Assembly: GCA_963714275.1 (NCBI GenBank)
Contig: CAVQNT010000002.1
Location: 320,001-384,000, forward strand
From: Candidatus Bathyarchaeota archaeon
Lineage (GTDB): Archaea > Thermoproteota > Bathyarchaeia > Bathyarchaeales > DTEX01
DNA: 64,000 bases
Direction: 5' to 3'
The notes under the pieces were generated by a model that searched no databases, was not told the origin of the DNA, and saw nothing but the letters and a program-made list of their open reading frames with translations. How positions within the stretch are numbered: position 1 is the stretch's first letter; every line of letters starts with the position of its first letter. Shown here one piece after another: positions 53,479-63,859 of this stretch. The translations under genes were made by a program, and so were the position numbers.

Positions 53479-53688
53479 ATGGGTGTAGTAATACTTTCAT
53501 CGAAATTTCAGGTTGTAATTCCCCGGGATGTCCGAGAAAAACTAAACCTCATGCCGGGACAAAAAATCGTCGTGATAGAGAAAGATGGCGTCCTCCATCT
53601 AATCCCTCAAAAACCCATGAAAGAAATGAGGGGCTTCGCAAAGAACATAAACACACAGGATGTTAGGGATGAAGAGGATCGCTTTTGA
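53479..53688 (+). CDS. vapB: AbrB/MazE-type antitoxin
   Basis: SSKFQVVIPRDVREKL. Confidence 0.9.
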   Translation: MGVVILSSKFQVVIPRDVREKLNLMPGQKIVVIEKDGVLHLIPQKPMKEMRGFAKNINTQDVRDEEDRF

Positions 53689-54062
53689 TTTTAATAGACT
53701 CCTACGGTTGGATTGAATACTTCGCTGAAGGACCACTTGCAGACAGTGACGCACCCTTCATAGAAAAATCAAACGCCGAAAACACCATAACGCCAACCAT
53801 CGTTGTCTACGAAGTCTACAGAAAAATCAAAAACACGAAAGGCGAACAGAAAGCATTAGAAGCCTACGCCCAAATATCCCGAACAAAAATCATCGAATTA
53901 AACAGCCCCTTATCCCTAGAAGCCGCAGACATCAGCCTAACAACAAACTTGGGAATGGCCGACTCAATAATCGTAGCCACAGCAAAAACCTGCAACGCCG
54001 AGATAATAACAAGCGACAAACACCTAAAAGACATAAAAGGAGTTAAATTCATAAGCAAATGA
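53685..54062 (+). CDS. vapC: PIN-domain toxin
   Basis: LIDSYGWIE, YEV, MADSII, TSD. Confidence 0.92.
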   Translation: MILIDSYGWIEYFAEGPLADSDAPFIEKSNAENTITPTIVVYEVYRKIKNTKGEQKALEAYAQISRTKIIELNSPLSLEAADISLTTNLGMADSIIVATAKTCNAEIITSDKHLKDIKGVKFISK

Positions 54063-54378
54063 GACTGCCCAACTATGCCTTCTCAACAGTTCCAAGCAGC
54101 ATCTTCACCACCATAAAGCCTCAAATCAGTAAAAACTCAGCCTGATGCACCATTATATTACGCAACCACTATCACATCCATCCCGCCTCAACTTCACTAA
54201 ACACCCGTCAGTGAGCTGAGCTAAACACTTATGGGGAAATTAGCTAAGAAATATGCTTTGCCGGGATGCCCAAGTTGTCATTTTATCTTCTCATCTCCCC
54301 GGCAGCTTGGGTTTCCCGGCACCCCTCTCCCCAAGACGGCACAGACTGCTTAAATGTTGTTTTCCTGAAGCTTAAGTC

Positions 54379-54570
54379 ATGTTTACACTTTTTCTCCATA
54401 GGAACTGCCAGAAGTGCAAGAACACAGTTACACAGCTGGTTTTTTACGAGGAAGAAAATGAAGAGCTCAGAATAATATCTTATTGGAAAAACTGTCTAGT
54501 CTGCAATGCAGATCTAACAGCACCAACAATCGAAGAGATCCAAAATAATCCTTACTTTATAAAACCCTAA
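54379..54570 (+). CDS. small zinc-finger protein
   Basis: CQKC...CLVC. Confidence 0.55.
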   Translation: MFTLFLHRNCQKCKNTVTQLVFYEEENEELRIISYWKNCLVCNADLTAPTIEEIQNNPYFIKP

Positions 54571-54969
54571 AATAGAGAGAGAAGCTCAGACATATTCGTA
54601 TTTTTATTTGGTTTTGTAGATTCATTAGTACTTAAAAAAATCCATCACACCCTGAGTCAATGAAGCCAAAGCCTATCTATTCTGGAAATATCAGGGCCAT
54701 TAAGATGGGTAGAATCGAGTAAATTCCAAGTCCTTAAGACTATATCATTTTTCTAAATGAAAATTGCATGCATGCATGCAGCAACCTAAAGTCACTTTTC
54801 CCTTTTCTGTTTTGAAGGAGATGGGTTTCAGGAACGCTGCACAGTCGTATGTTCCGGGTTCCTGTTCAACTCTAGCGCGCGCCTCTAAGTTGGCTTGCAA
54901 CAAAGGGCGTGGTCACAACCAGCGCGGCGCGAGCGTATTAATTGTTTGGTGTAGCCGCAAACTATGTCT

Positions 54970-55698
54970 TCAAAAATATAAGGTGTCATAGGCTCTTACA
55001 GCGTGTTTCGCAGCCTTGATTCTTTTTCCTTGTTTGATAAGTGATTTGGCAAGTTCGTACTCCTCTTTCGCTTCTTTCAGTTCTCTTCCACTTGAGATTT
55101 TGATGAGGTATCCTGCTAAGAGGAGTATCTCGTCCAGAAAAGTGTATTTCAGGTAGTCAAGATTTTCGTAGTGTTCAATTCTGTCCCATATATCTTTAAA
55201 TGGCTTTTTTTCTTTGGAGAGTGCTGCTATTTTTTGTCCAGATGTGTACAATATGTCCAATGCTTCCTGAAAGTTGAATCTTGAAACAGGTGTGGGATTT
55301 ATGCCTCTTATCTGTCTGTGATAGAAGAAGCTGTAGATGGACTGGACGGCTAAACATAACCCTTTGCCAGTTCCTCCAGCAATTGAGATTCCAAGTCCGT
55401 ACATTCCGTTGGCATTGGAAATCATCACAGTGTCCATGAAATCTTTGGTTAAGCCGTTGATGTCGCCATAATAGACTGGAGCGCCTATGACTAGGGCGTC
55501 GGCCTCCTCACATAATCTGTTCAGTTCTTCAGGGCACTTGGCTTCCTCTGTGTAAAATGGTATCTTGTAATCTATCAGGTATGCCTTCATAGATTCAACG
55601 CCAGCTGATTTTACTCCTTCTAAAGCTCGGGTGACCAGCTGGTCGGTCAAACGTCCTTTACGTGGGCTACCAACGATTCCAAGGATCATCTCAATCAC
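54970..55698 (-). CDS. NADPH-dependent FMN reductase/flavodoxin family protein
   Basis: GSPRKG, GAPVYYG..KDFMD. Confidence 0.85.
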   Translation of the reverse strand: MIEMILGIVGSPRKGRLTDQLVTRALEGVKSAGVESMKAYLIDYKIPFYTEEAKCPEELNRLCEEADALVIGAPVYYGDINGLTKDFMDTVMISNANGMYGLGISIAGGTGKGLCLAVQSIYSFFYHRQIRGINPTPVSRFNFQEALDILYTSGQKIAALSKEKKPFKDIWDRIEHYENLDYLKYTFLDEILLLAGYLIKISSGRELKEAKEEYELAKSLIKQGKRIKAAKHAVRAYDTLYF

Positions 55699-55996
55699 CT
55701 TTCATGTTTCAAGATCACATTGGGTATAAAGTAGAAGCCTCCTTTATGGCTTATCGGTTGAGCTTTCAGCACGTCGAGTATTCCGTTCGTGAGCATGTCT
55801 TCACCTACATGGGCTGCTACGACCTCTCCGACAAACAATGTGCGATCTCCACTTCGTGATCAGACTTGAGCCTAATAGTATAGTCAGGTTTCTTTTTGCC
55901 GCTTGGTGAAGGCAACAAGGTCTCTGGAACGATCATGTACCCTATAAGGTTGATGAGCGGCTCCTTGATGTTTCTTTTCACGAACTCTTCCGGGAG
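55695..55996 (-). pseudogene. chimeric scrap: nuclease/restriction-like N-terminal piece joined to a flavin-reductase C-terminus
   Basis: IKEPLINLIGY..ET..SGKKKPDY in one frame, then GDRTLFVGEVVAAHV in another. Confidence 0.55.
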
Positions 55997-56047
55997 TTAG
56001 CTCAGCTAAATGACATTTTTATTAATAGACCTTTTTACACATCTTTA

Positions 56048-56905
56048 TTGAAGGTGTTTGGTTTGAAAGAACTGCTTAAGGTAGCTGGAATACAAACAAA
56101 TCCTAAGATTTTGGAGAAAGAAGAAAATTTGAAAAAATGTTTAGAGTTGATGCATGTTGCATCAAAGAATGGTAGTCAACTATTGATTTTTCCTGAATGT
56201 TCATTTACGGGATACTGTTTCTCTAGCCTCGATGAAGGTTTAGATGCAGCTGAACCCATTCCAGGACCAAGCACAAACGAGATTGGTTCCTTATGCAAAG
56301 ATCTTGAAATATATACAATCGTTGGCTTACTTGAAATAGACCGTGATAAGTGTTATAACGCCTTAGCCTTTTTCGGTCCAGAAGGCATTATAGGAAAGTA
56401 CCGAAAGATTCACCTACCTTACCTAGGAATAGATCGTTACGCTACCCCAGGCGACAAGCCCTTAAAGGTCTACACTACAGAAATAGGCAAGATAGGTCTA
56501 AACATCTGCTTTGATGTAAGACTCCCTGAAAGTGCGCGTGTGATGGCTCTTATGGGTGCAGAGATTATTGTTCTACCAACTAATTGGCCTCGTGGTGCAG
56601 AGGCTATTCCCAAGTACGTAATTAACGCTAGAGCGTATGAAAACAGAGTTAACTATGTAGCGGTCAACCGTGTAGGAGTAGAAAGAGGCTTTCACTTCAT
56701 TGGAAGAAGCAAAATCGTGGACTATGCTGGTCAGACTTTGGCTAAGGCCAGCGCGGTCAATGAGGAAATCATATACGCTCAATTGAACCTTAAAGCAGCC
56801 CAAGAAAAACATGTAACAATAATCCCTGGAAAATTCGAGTTACCACTTTTTGAGGCCAGGAGACCAGAATTTTACGGTCTAATATCACAAAAAAATAGAA
56901 ATTAG
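56048..56905 (+). CDS. carbon-nitrogen hydrolase (nitrilase superfamily)
   Basis: FPE, YRKIHL, ICFD catalytic triad. Confidence 0.93.
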   Translation: MKVFGLKELLKVAGIQTNPKILEKEENLKKCLELMHVASKNGSQLLIFPECSFTGYCFSSLDEGLDAAEPIPGPSTNEIGSLCKDLEIYTIVGLLEIDRDKCYNALAFFGPEGIIGKYRKIHLPYLGIDRYATPGDKPLKVYTTEIGKIGLNICFDVRLPESARVMALMGAEIIVLPTNWPRGAEAIPKYVINARAYENRVNYVAVNRVGVERGFHFIGRSKIVDYAGQTLAKASAVNEEIIYAQLNLKAAQEKHVTIIPGKFELPLFEARRPEFYGLISQKNRN

Positions 56906-57513
56906 TGATCCTAAGTTAATAGATTGCCAGCAAGGAGCAGACCCTGATACATTGATCTGTGAAGAAGCATGGAAACTTAGATGATGTAGAACGGATCCTT
57001 ATTCCACCTAGCCACAATCTCGGCGTCTCTTAAGATTTGATCTTTCAGCGCTTCAACTTTAGTGTCGCTCTTTCTGCTCGTTTTTCCGCTTTTTCCTCTG
57101 CTTTTCTGAGTTTCCAAGGTTTTCACACAACAAACAAAAAAGTAATATTATGAAGCGATATACCTCTATATTAAACTTTCAGCAGATTCATAATAGCGCG
57201 CTTTTCGAATCTAATAGTCAGCTTTTACTAGATTTTTTGCGATTTCACTTCCGATCTGCTCGAAGTCCTTCTCTGCGTTTGCTTGGTTCTAGGAGCTTTG
57301 ATTCCTCAATCAACATTACTAGCGGAAGTAATTTGGATGGGGTATATTTTATAAAGTCTCTCGAAAGGGTTTTTATAATAAAAGCAGACTTTATAGAAGA
57401 ATAAAGCGAAAGTAATCATTAAAAGAAAGAAAAACCTAATTACTCCACAAAGCATAATTTTGTATAATCTAGTTAAGAAAAGGCGATGAGTTATATCTGA
57501 AAAGAAACCATAT

Positions 57514-59796
57514 TTGAATCCTTCTTTGGATATCGAGCAAAGACTTAAGGACCTTCTACAGAGGATGACACTTGAAGAAAAGATTGCGCAGCTAGGATCA
57601 ATGCCTTCTAAGCTTGACTACATTCCTCAGAAGGGACTTCTCGAAAACGGCAAGTTCTCAAAAGAGAAGGCTAAAAAACTCATAGGCAAAGGCATCGGGC
57701 AAATAACGCGCGTTTCAGGAGGAACACGCCAAATAACAAGCCCAAAGCAGGCAGCGACCGTTGCCAACGAGATTCAGGGATTCCTGATTGAGGAAACAAG
57801 GCTTGGGATTCCCGCAATAGTACATGAGGAATGCCTAAGCGGGTTTATGGCTCATGGCGCGACGGCTTTCCCTCAAGCAATCGGCTTATCTAGCACATGG
57901 CATCCCGAGCTGGTTCAGAAGGTTACTTCGATAATTCGAAGACAGATGAGAACAGTAGGCGCGCATCAAGGGCTTTCACCTGTTGTTGACGTTGTTAGAG
58001 ACCCAAGATGGGGAAGAAACGAAGAGACATATGGCGAAGACCCGTATCTCGTTGCCAGAATAGCAGTAGCATATGTTAAGGGGCTACAGGGAAATGATCC
58101 GAAAACCGGAGTCATAGCTACCTTGAAGCATTTTGCCGGTCACGGTTTTTCGGAAGGAGGAAGAAATCAAGCTCCTGTCCATGTTCCAACTAGAGAGTTT
58201 AGAGAAGTGTGCCTCTTTCCCTTTGAAGCTGCCATAAAGGAGGCACATGCCTATTCTGTGATGAGCAGTTATCACGATTTGGACGGTGTGCCGCTCTCGG
58301 CTTCTCGTGAGCTTTTAACTGGAATCCTTAGAGAAGAATGGGGCTTCAAAGGGTTTGTGGTCTCCGATTACGCAGCGATAAGTATGCTGCAAACCGCGCA
58401 TCATGTTGCTTTAGATGCAAAAGACGCGGCGGTTCAGGCTTTGGAGGCGGGAATTGAGATAGAACTCCCCCATACTGACTGTTACGGGAAACCTCTGCTC
58501 CAAGCGGCTAAGGAAGGAATAATCTCCGAGGCAACCATTGACGAGGCAGTGTCCAGAGTCCTTAGAGCCAAGTTCCTCCTCGGATTATTCGAAAATCCCT
58601 ATGTCGATGTTAAGCAAGTTGATGGAGCTTATGACACGGCAGAGGACCGTGCCCTTGCACTTCAGGCCGCCAGAGAATCCATTGTGCTTCTAAAAAATGG
58701 GGGCATTCTTCCGCTTAGAAAAAATGTTAATTCCTTAGTAGTCATAGGGCCAAATGCTGACAGCACGAGAAACCTCCACGGGGACTACAGTGACACCGCA
58801 CATATGCAATGCGAAAGGGATGCAGTGCCAACCGTCAGCGTCTTGGAAGGAATTAAAAAGAAAGTCTCGCCAAAAACAAAAATTTTTCACGTAAAGGGAT
58901 GCGATATCTCAGGGACATCAACAGATGGCTTCAAAGAGGCTTTAGAAGCTACGAAAAAATCAAACATTATCATCGCAGTCGTAGGAGAGAAATCTGGGCT
59001 TTCACCGTCTGATGTGTCAGGCGAGTCTAGAGACAGGGCAAATGTGGATCTTCCAGGTGTTCAGGAAGAACTAGTGAGGACTTTGCGCGGCTATGGAAAG
59101 CACATTGTTTTAGTTTTGGTCAACGGGCGTCCACTTTCTCTTCAACGGATTATTGAAGACTGCGTTGCCGTGGTTGAGGCGTGGGTGCCGGGTGAGGAAG
59201 GTGGCAACGCTGTGGCTGACGTGTTGTTTGGAGACTATAATCCGGGAGGAAAACTTCCAGTCTCGCTGCCTAAGCACATCGGCCAAATCCCGGTCAATTA
59301 TGCCAGAAAGCCACATTCCATACGAGATTATGTTTTTATGGATTCAAGACCTTTGTTCCCGTTTGGACACGGCTTAAGCTACACGCAGTTCGAATACGAT
59401 GGTTTAACGGTCACGCCGAAGAAGGTATACCCAGCCGGAAAAGTGAGAATAAGCTGCGAAGTGAAGAACACGGGCAACCGGCAAGGCGACGAGGTTATTC
59501 AGCTCTACGTAAAAGATGAGATTGCTTCTGTCACTAGACCTATAAAGGAACTGAAAGGCTTCAGGAGATTGGCACTTGAACCTGGAGAGAAGAAGACCGT
59601 AACCTTCGAGCTTTCAATGGACCAGCTTGCCTTCTACGATAGGCACATGAAATTCATCGTGGAACCGGGACTGTTTAAGGTAATGGTTGGAAGCTCCTCG
59701 GAAGACATTAGACTGGAAGGAAGCTTCGAAGTAATCGGTGAGACGAAGCTCACGCCTTCAAGCCGCACCTTTTTCAGCAACGTGACAGTTCAGTAG
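57514..59796 (+). CDS. glycoside hydrolase family 3 (beta-glucosidase/xylosidase)
   Basis: RDPRWGR, KHF, VVSDY, GHGLSYT, Fn3-like C-terminus. Confidence 0.95.
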   Translation: MNPSLDIEQRLKDLLQRMTLEEKIAQLGSMPSKLDYIPQKGLLENGKFSKEKAKKLIGKGIGQITRVSGGTRQITSPKQAATVANEIQGFLIEETRLGIPAIVHEECLSGFMAHGATAFPQAIGLSSTWHPELVQKVTSIIRRQMRTVGAHQGLSPVVDVVRDPRWGRNEETYGEDPYLVARIAVAYVKGLQGNDPKTGVIATLKHFAGHGFSEGGRNQAPVHVPTREFREVCLFPFEAAIKEAHAYSVMSSYHDLDGVPLSASRELLTGILREEWGFKGFVVSDYAAISMLQTAHHVALDAKDAAVQALEAGIEIELPHTDCYGKPLLQAAKEGIISEATIDEAVSRVLRAKFLLGLFENPYVDVKQVDGAYDTAEDRALALQAARESIVLLKNGGILPLRKNVNSLVVIGPNADSTRNLHGDYSDTAHMQCERDAVPTVSVLEGIKKKVSPKTKIFHVKGCDISGTSTDGFKEALEATKKSNIIIAVVGEKSGLSPSDVSGESRDRANVDLPGVQEELVRTLRGYGKHIVLVLVNGRPLSLQRIIEDCVAVVEAWVPGEEGGNAVADVLFGDYNPGGKLPVSLPKHIGQIPVNYARKPHSIRDYVFMDSRPLFPFGHGLSYTQFEYDGLTVTPKKVYPAGKVRISCEVKNTGNRQGDEVIQLYVKDEIASVTRPIKELKGFRRLALEPGEKKTVTFELSMDQLAFYDRHMKFIVEPGLFKVMVGSSSEDIRLEGSFEVIGETKLTPSSRTFFSNVTVQ

Positions 59797-60007
59797 CCAT
59801 CATAGAACATTGTCCAAACATGAGTCTAAAGAAAAGCAGTATCTAAGAAAGCAAATAGGTATGAGCTCACCAGAAGAAGAATACGTTTATGAAACGAACC
59901 AACAGTGAAACTCATGACGGCTGCCACTGAGGTAAAAGATGGTGTTGCTCACGATAAAGAGTTATATCATGGACGAACATAGTTAGACGACATTTTGGTG
60001 TTGAATT

Positions 60008-61311
60008 ATGTCTTCTCAGAGAATCACCATACCCTATCAGGATCAGATGCTTGAGGCGGATGTTGCCAGCCGAAACCTTTTGGCAATAATCGAGGAGAGG
60101 CCAGACCTTCCGCCCGTTGACTGACTTGGAGGCTGAGGCTAAACATGCCCTTTCTAGCCCAATCGGGTTGGAACGAATATCAAAATATGTGGGAGCCAAC
60201 TCCACAGTTGCCATCCTTGTTGACGATTACACGAGGCCGACGCCTGCTCACAGGATAGCGCCACTAGTGGTAGAGGAGCTTGAGGCTGCGGGCGTTAAAG
60301 AGAGGAACATCTTCTTCCTCTACGCGCCTGGTCAACATCCCGCAACTCGGGAGCTTGCTGTAGAAAAGGTTGGAAAAACGCTTGCAGACCGTTTTGAGAT
60401 CATTGTCCACAACCCCAAGGCCTTCGAGGATCTTTTCTTCCTCGGCTTCACCTCTACTGGGACGCCGGTCTGGGTGAATAAGGCGATTAAACGCGCTGAC
60501 TTCATTACCAACATCGGGGGCATCAAGCCCAACTTTTCGCCTGGCTGGGGAGGAGGCTGCAAGATTATTATGCCGGGTATTTCGGGTTGGGAGACCATCA
60601 ATTATACTCATACGAAGGTTATGGCAGGAGACAGGGTGAATTCAGAAGGCGTCGATGATACCCCAGTTAGGCGCGACATTGAGGAAATCGGCGACATGGC
60701 TGGGCTCAAGTTCATCCTTAACGTGGTCTGGAACAGAAGTGGTCAAATCTGTGGTGTTGTGGCTGGAGATCCCCATCAAGCTTGGTATAAGGGCTTAGAA
60801 ATCGCCAAGAAGAGTCTTTGTTTATAAACTTCCAAAACGAGCCGAGATTGCAATCATAGGCGCTGGAAAGGCAGAGTACATTTCCGAAGCCCTTTATGCA
60901 GCCACAAAAGGCTACAGCTTAACAAAGGAAAATGGTACGATTATCGTAGTGGCGCCTTGCACACGCGGTTGGAATAAGGAAGTTTCTCCCATAGAAAAAG
61001 ACTGGTATAAATCGTTCCCTTCGGAAGACTTAATGCGTTATACAGCCAGCGAGATCGCTTGGAAGACTCAGAAGCGAGAGCTCGACCCCGCCAGAAACAT
61101 GAACGGCCCTTACGGTCTCAGGTTAACAATAGAAAAGAGGCATGTTCTTATCGTTTCTCACGCAGCAGCTCCTGAAAAGCTGAAAACATACGGCGTTGAC
61201 CATGCCTTCAACCTTACTAAGGCCTTAATAAAGGCTTATGCTAAGCAAGGTTCAGAAGCATGTGTTATTATTATGCCCCAGGATTTCAGATATGTTCTCA
61301 AAGTTGACTAA
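60008..61311 (+). CDS. LarA-family nickel-pincer racemase/epimerase; two frameshifts (~60118, ~60812)
   Basis: DDYTRPTP, GQH, HNP, GFTSTGTPV, GGGCKIIMPG. Confidence 0.85.
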
Positions 61312-61344
61312 CATGTGTACAGCTATCATGCAAGGTGCTAGCTC

Positions 61345-61543
61345 AGCTTCTGTTCTTTTTTTAGGAAAGGATATATTTTTGGCTAATATCATAATTCTGG
61401 AAGTGTTGGATATGGTAAAGGCGCTTATTCTGTATCATTCGCAAGAATTTGGTAACACTGCTGTTATGGCGGAGGCGCTTGCTGAAGGATTAAGGACTGC
61501 CGGCTGTGAAGTCGATTTATTTAACACAAATGATAAGCGCTTC
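61345..61543 (+). pseudogene. truncated duplicate of the flavodoxin promoter and 5' end (26759-26957)
   Basis: 199 bp with 3 mismatches; bounded by motif clusters. Confidence 0.92.
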
Positions 61544-61737
61544 AAGCTGACTAACTGTTAGCTAGCTAAGAGTATTCCTTCTGGAAGCTCCCTAGTTCTT
61601 CACCTCTTCTTTTACTCTAAAAAAATATGGTTGTTTTTAAAAATGACGAACAATGACAGATTTAGGGAACACCTGCAAATACAGAAGTGGAAGAATAAAT
61701 GTCTAGTCAAAGGACAAAAAGGTGCGTGTAAAAAAAT

Positions 61738-62667
61738 TTGGAAAACATCAAAAGGAAAGAGATTAAAGATGTTGTTCCTGCTATTTTTCTAATTGGTAGT
61801 CTATTTGTCATTATCGACACTTTAGCTTTGTTGACTGTTGAACCATATGAAGCCTCTGGTGTTGCGGTGTTTAGTAATCCAAATGACCCAGTGGATATTG
61901 TATATTTATTTTTGACATTACTGGGGTTTACATTTGCGTTTTTGTTGATCGCTAGATTTTGGAAAAAACAGTTGATACGTGGAATTGTCTTAATGTCAAT
62001 TGGGCTAACAGTTTTCAGTACGGCCTTTACTTTGTTGGCAACTTTGTTTCCAGAAGAGTGGTCACTGTTTCTTTCAATAACGACCGTAGTACTTCTAGTT
62101 CTAATACTCATCAAGTATCCTGAATGGTATGTGGTAGACACATGCTGCATAATTGTGGGAGCTAGTGCCATCGCAATGCTTGGTATCTCATTGAGCATTT
62201 TCCTCGTGATTGTTTTGCTTATTGGATTAGCGATATATGACGCAATATCAGTCTACATAACTAAACACATGATTGACCTTGCAGACGCTCTCTTGGATCT
62301 TAGGTTACCAATAATATTCACTATACCGATAACTAGAAACTATTCGCTGATTAAAGAAACGAAGAGTCTTAAAGTAAAACTCAAGGACAATGAGAAACGG
62401 GATGCGTTTTTTATAGGGTTAGGAGACATTATAATGCCTGGTACTCTGGTCGCTTCCACTTTTCACAATATTACTAGTAACGGTCTCCCTGTAGCCTTAT
62501 CAGTAATGCTGGGAACAATTTTGGGCCTCATAGTTCTCATGAGAACAGCCATTAAAGGAAAGCCGCAAGCAGGACTGCCTTTTCTTTGCGGTGGAGCAAT
62601 ATTAGGCTATTTGTTATCGAGCTATATGTTATTCGGAACATTCACTGGTCTTTTTCTGACTAGCTAG
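61738..62667 (+). CDS. presenilin/SPP-family intramembrane aspartyl protease
   Basis: YD, GLGD, AGLP motifs. Confidence 0.92.
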   Translation: MENIKRKEIKDVVPAIFLIGSLFVIIDTLALLTVEPYEASGVAVFSNPNDPVDIVYLFLTLLGFTFAFLLIARFWKKQLIRGIVLMSIGLTVFSTAFTLLATLFPEEWSLFLSITTVVLLVLILIKYPEWYVVDTCCIIVGASAIAMLGISLSIFLVIVLLIGLAIYDAISVYITKHMIDLADALLDLRLPIIFTIPITRNYSLIKETKSLKVKLKDNEKRDAFFIGLGDIIMPGTLVASTFHNITSNGLPVALSVMLGTILGLIVLMRTAIKGKPQAGLPFLCGGAILGYLLSSYMLFGTFTGLFLTS

Positions 62668-63052
62668 TAAACGCACTAATCAATAACTTCAAAATGTTAG
62701 GTCGTTTTTGTAGATGAGCAGCGCGCGCTAACTAAGGAGAAAGAAGCCTCAGTTTAATTCATGACAGTGGTTAATTACTAGACTCTGAGAAATTTGTCGC
62801 TGGTTCTAAGTTGGCTTAATTTCTTTTTTCTTTCCAAACCAGTAGATTATCACAGCTATTACCAAAAAAATTATTGTACTTACTGGTGCGAAGGTATTTT
62901 CCCCTGGGGCAGGAAATAACATTGATATACCTAGAAAGATAGTAACAATGATTCCAACCCAATAATACCATTTCAAACAGTTATCCTCGGCGTTACCATA
63001 TTTATCTTAATATTACCTCATCGACTGTACTGGGTCCTAATGTTTCGATAGT

Positions 63053-63859
63053 CTACTGTAACCGACGGCAGAGGTCGTCCCTAATGAATGCTGAACCGCG
63101 ATATCGTAGTGTTTGAGTTACCTGACGCACAGGTAAAGTATTCAAAACCTCTAACAGCTTAACAAGCTGCTTAGGAAGGTCCGCTTTACCCGGATCACCA
63201 AAGAAGATCTCTCCTGATTCGCCTCGCCACAACTCATCAATTGTAGTATCGCTGGGGAAGATGACTGGATAGTTGGCGTCGGGAGGACCATCAAGAGAAG
63301 GGATATATTTATAGAAAAGTAAAGGTCGGTTGTTAATCATTTTACTTGCAGCGAAGCGGACAATAGCGTTCTGTTTCTTTAGCGGACCGAGATCCATGCT
63401 AATTAACAGTTGATCCCATAATGAGGCTTTACACAGTAAATGTCCGTTAGGCTGAGCTTCAGCTGTTGGAATGTCAGCATACATCTTTGGCCAGCCTACC
63501 TGTTCCCGACCTCTAATGATTGGAATAGCATCGTTCAAGAACATCACTAGAACATTCTCGCCCTCAACATGGTCCTTTTCACCATCAAAACGTGCAGCCA
63601 CTTGCACAGCAACTTCATTATACCCGCGATCTGCCATGAAGTCGACATGATTATAGTAGGCAAACTAAACGGTTACGACGGGCTTCTCAGCTAGTTGGAA
63701 ACAGTCGGGTATAAGAGGCTGGAGGGCATCAGAATCGGTTTGGTACTGAAGAAGAAGCCATTCAGCCTCGCCTAAATGGGGACGATGGTCCTCTCTTTTC
63801 TCAGCAATCGGCCCACCAATCAATGGCATCAAATAAATTTTGCTTGGATCAATCTTCAT
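63053..63859 (-). pseudogene. acetoacetate decarboxylase family protein with one in-frame TAG (63665-63667)
   Basis: VVTV*FAYYNHVDFMADRGYNE; GREQVGWPK. Confidence 0.8.

Noticed and set aside
52782-53500. ORFs or transposon in the low-complexity region before vapBC
   Set aside because: No recognisable protein, terminal inverted repeats or transposase motif.
1125-60830. Programmed frameshifting or mass pseudogenisation
   Set aside because: Indels sit at AGCT or homopolymers with no slippery-site pattern; sequencing error is more parsimonious.
86-62198. Many short antisense or overlapping ORFs in the track (e.g. 86-301, 4110-4436, 43611-44072, 61707-62198)
   Set aside because: Shadows of well-supported genes on the other strand or frame.
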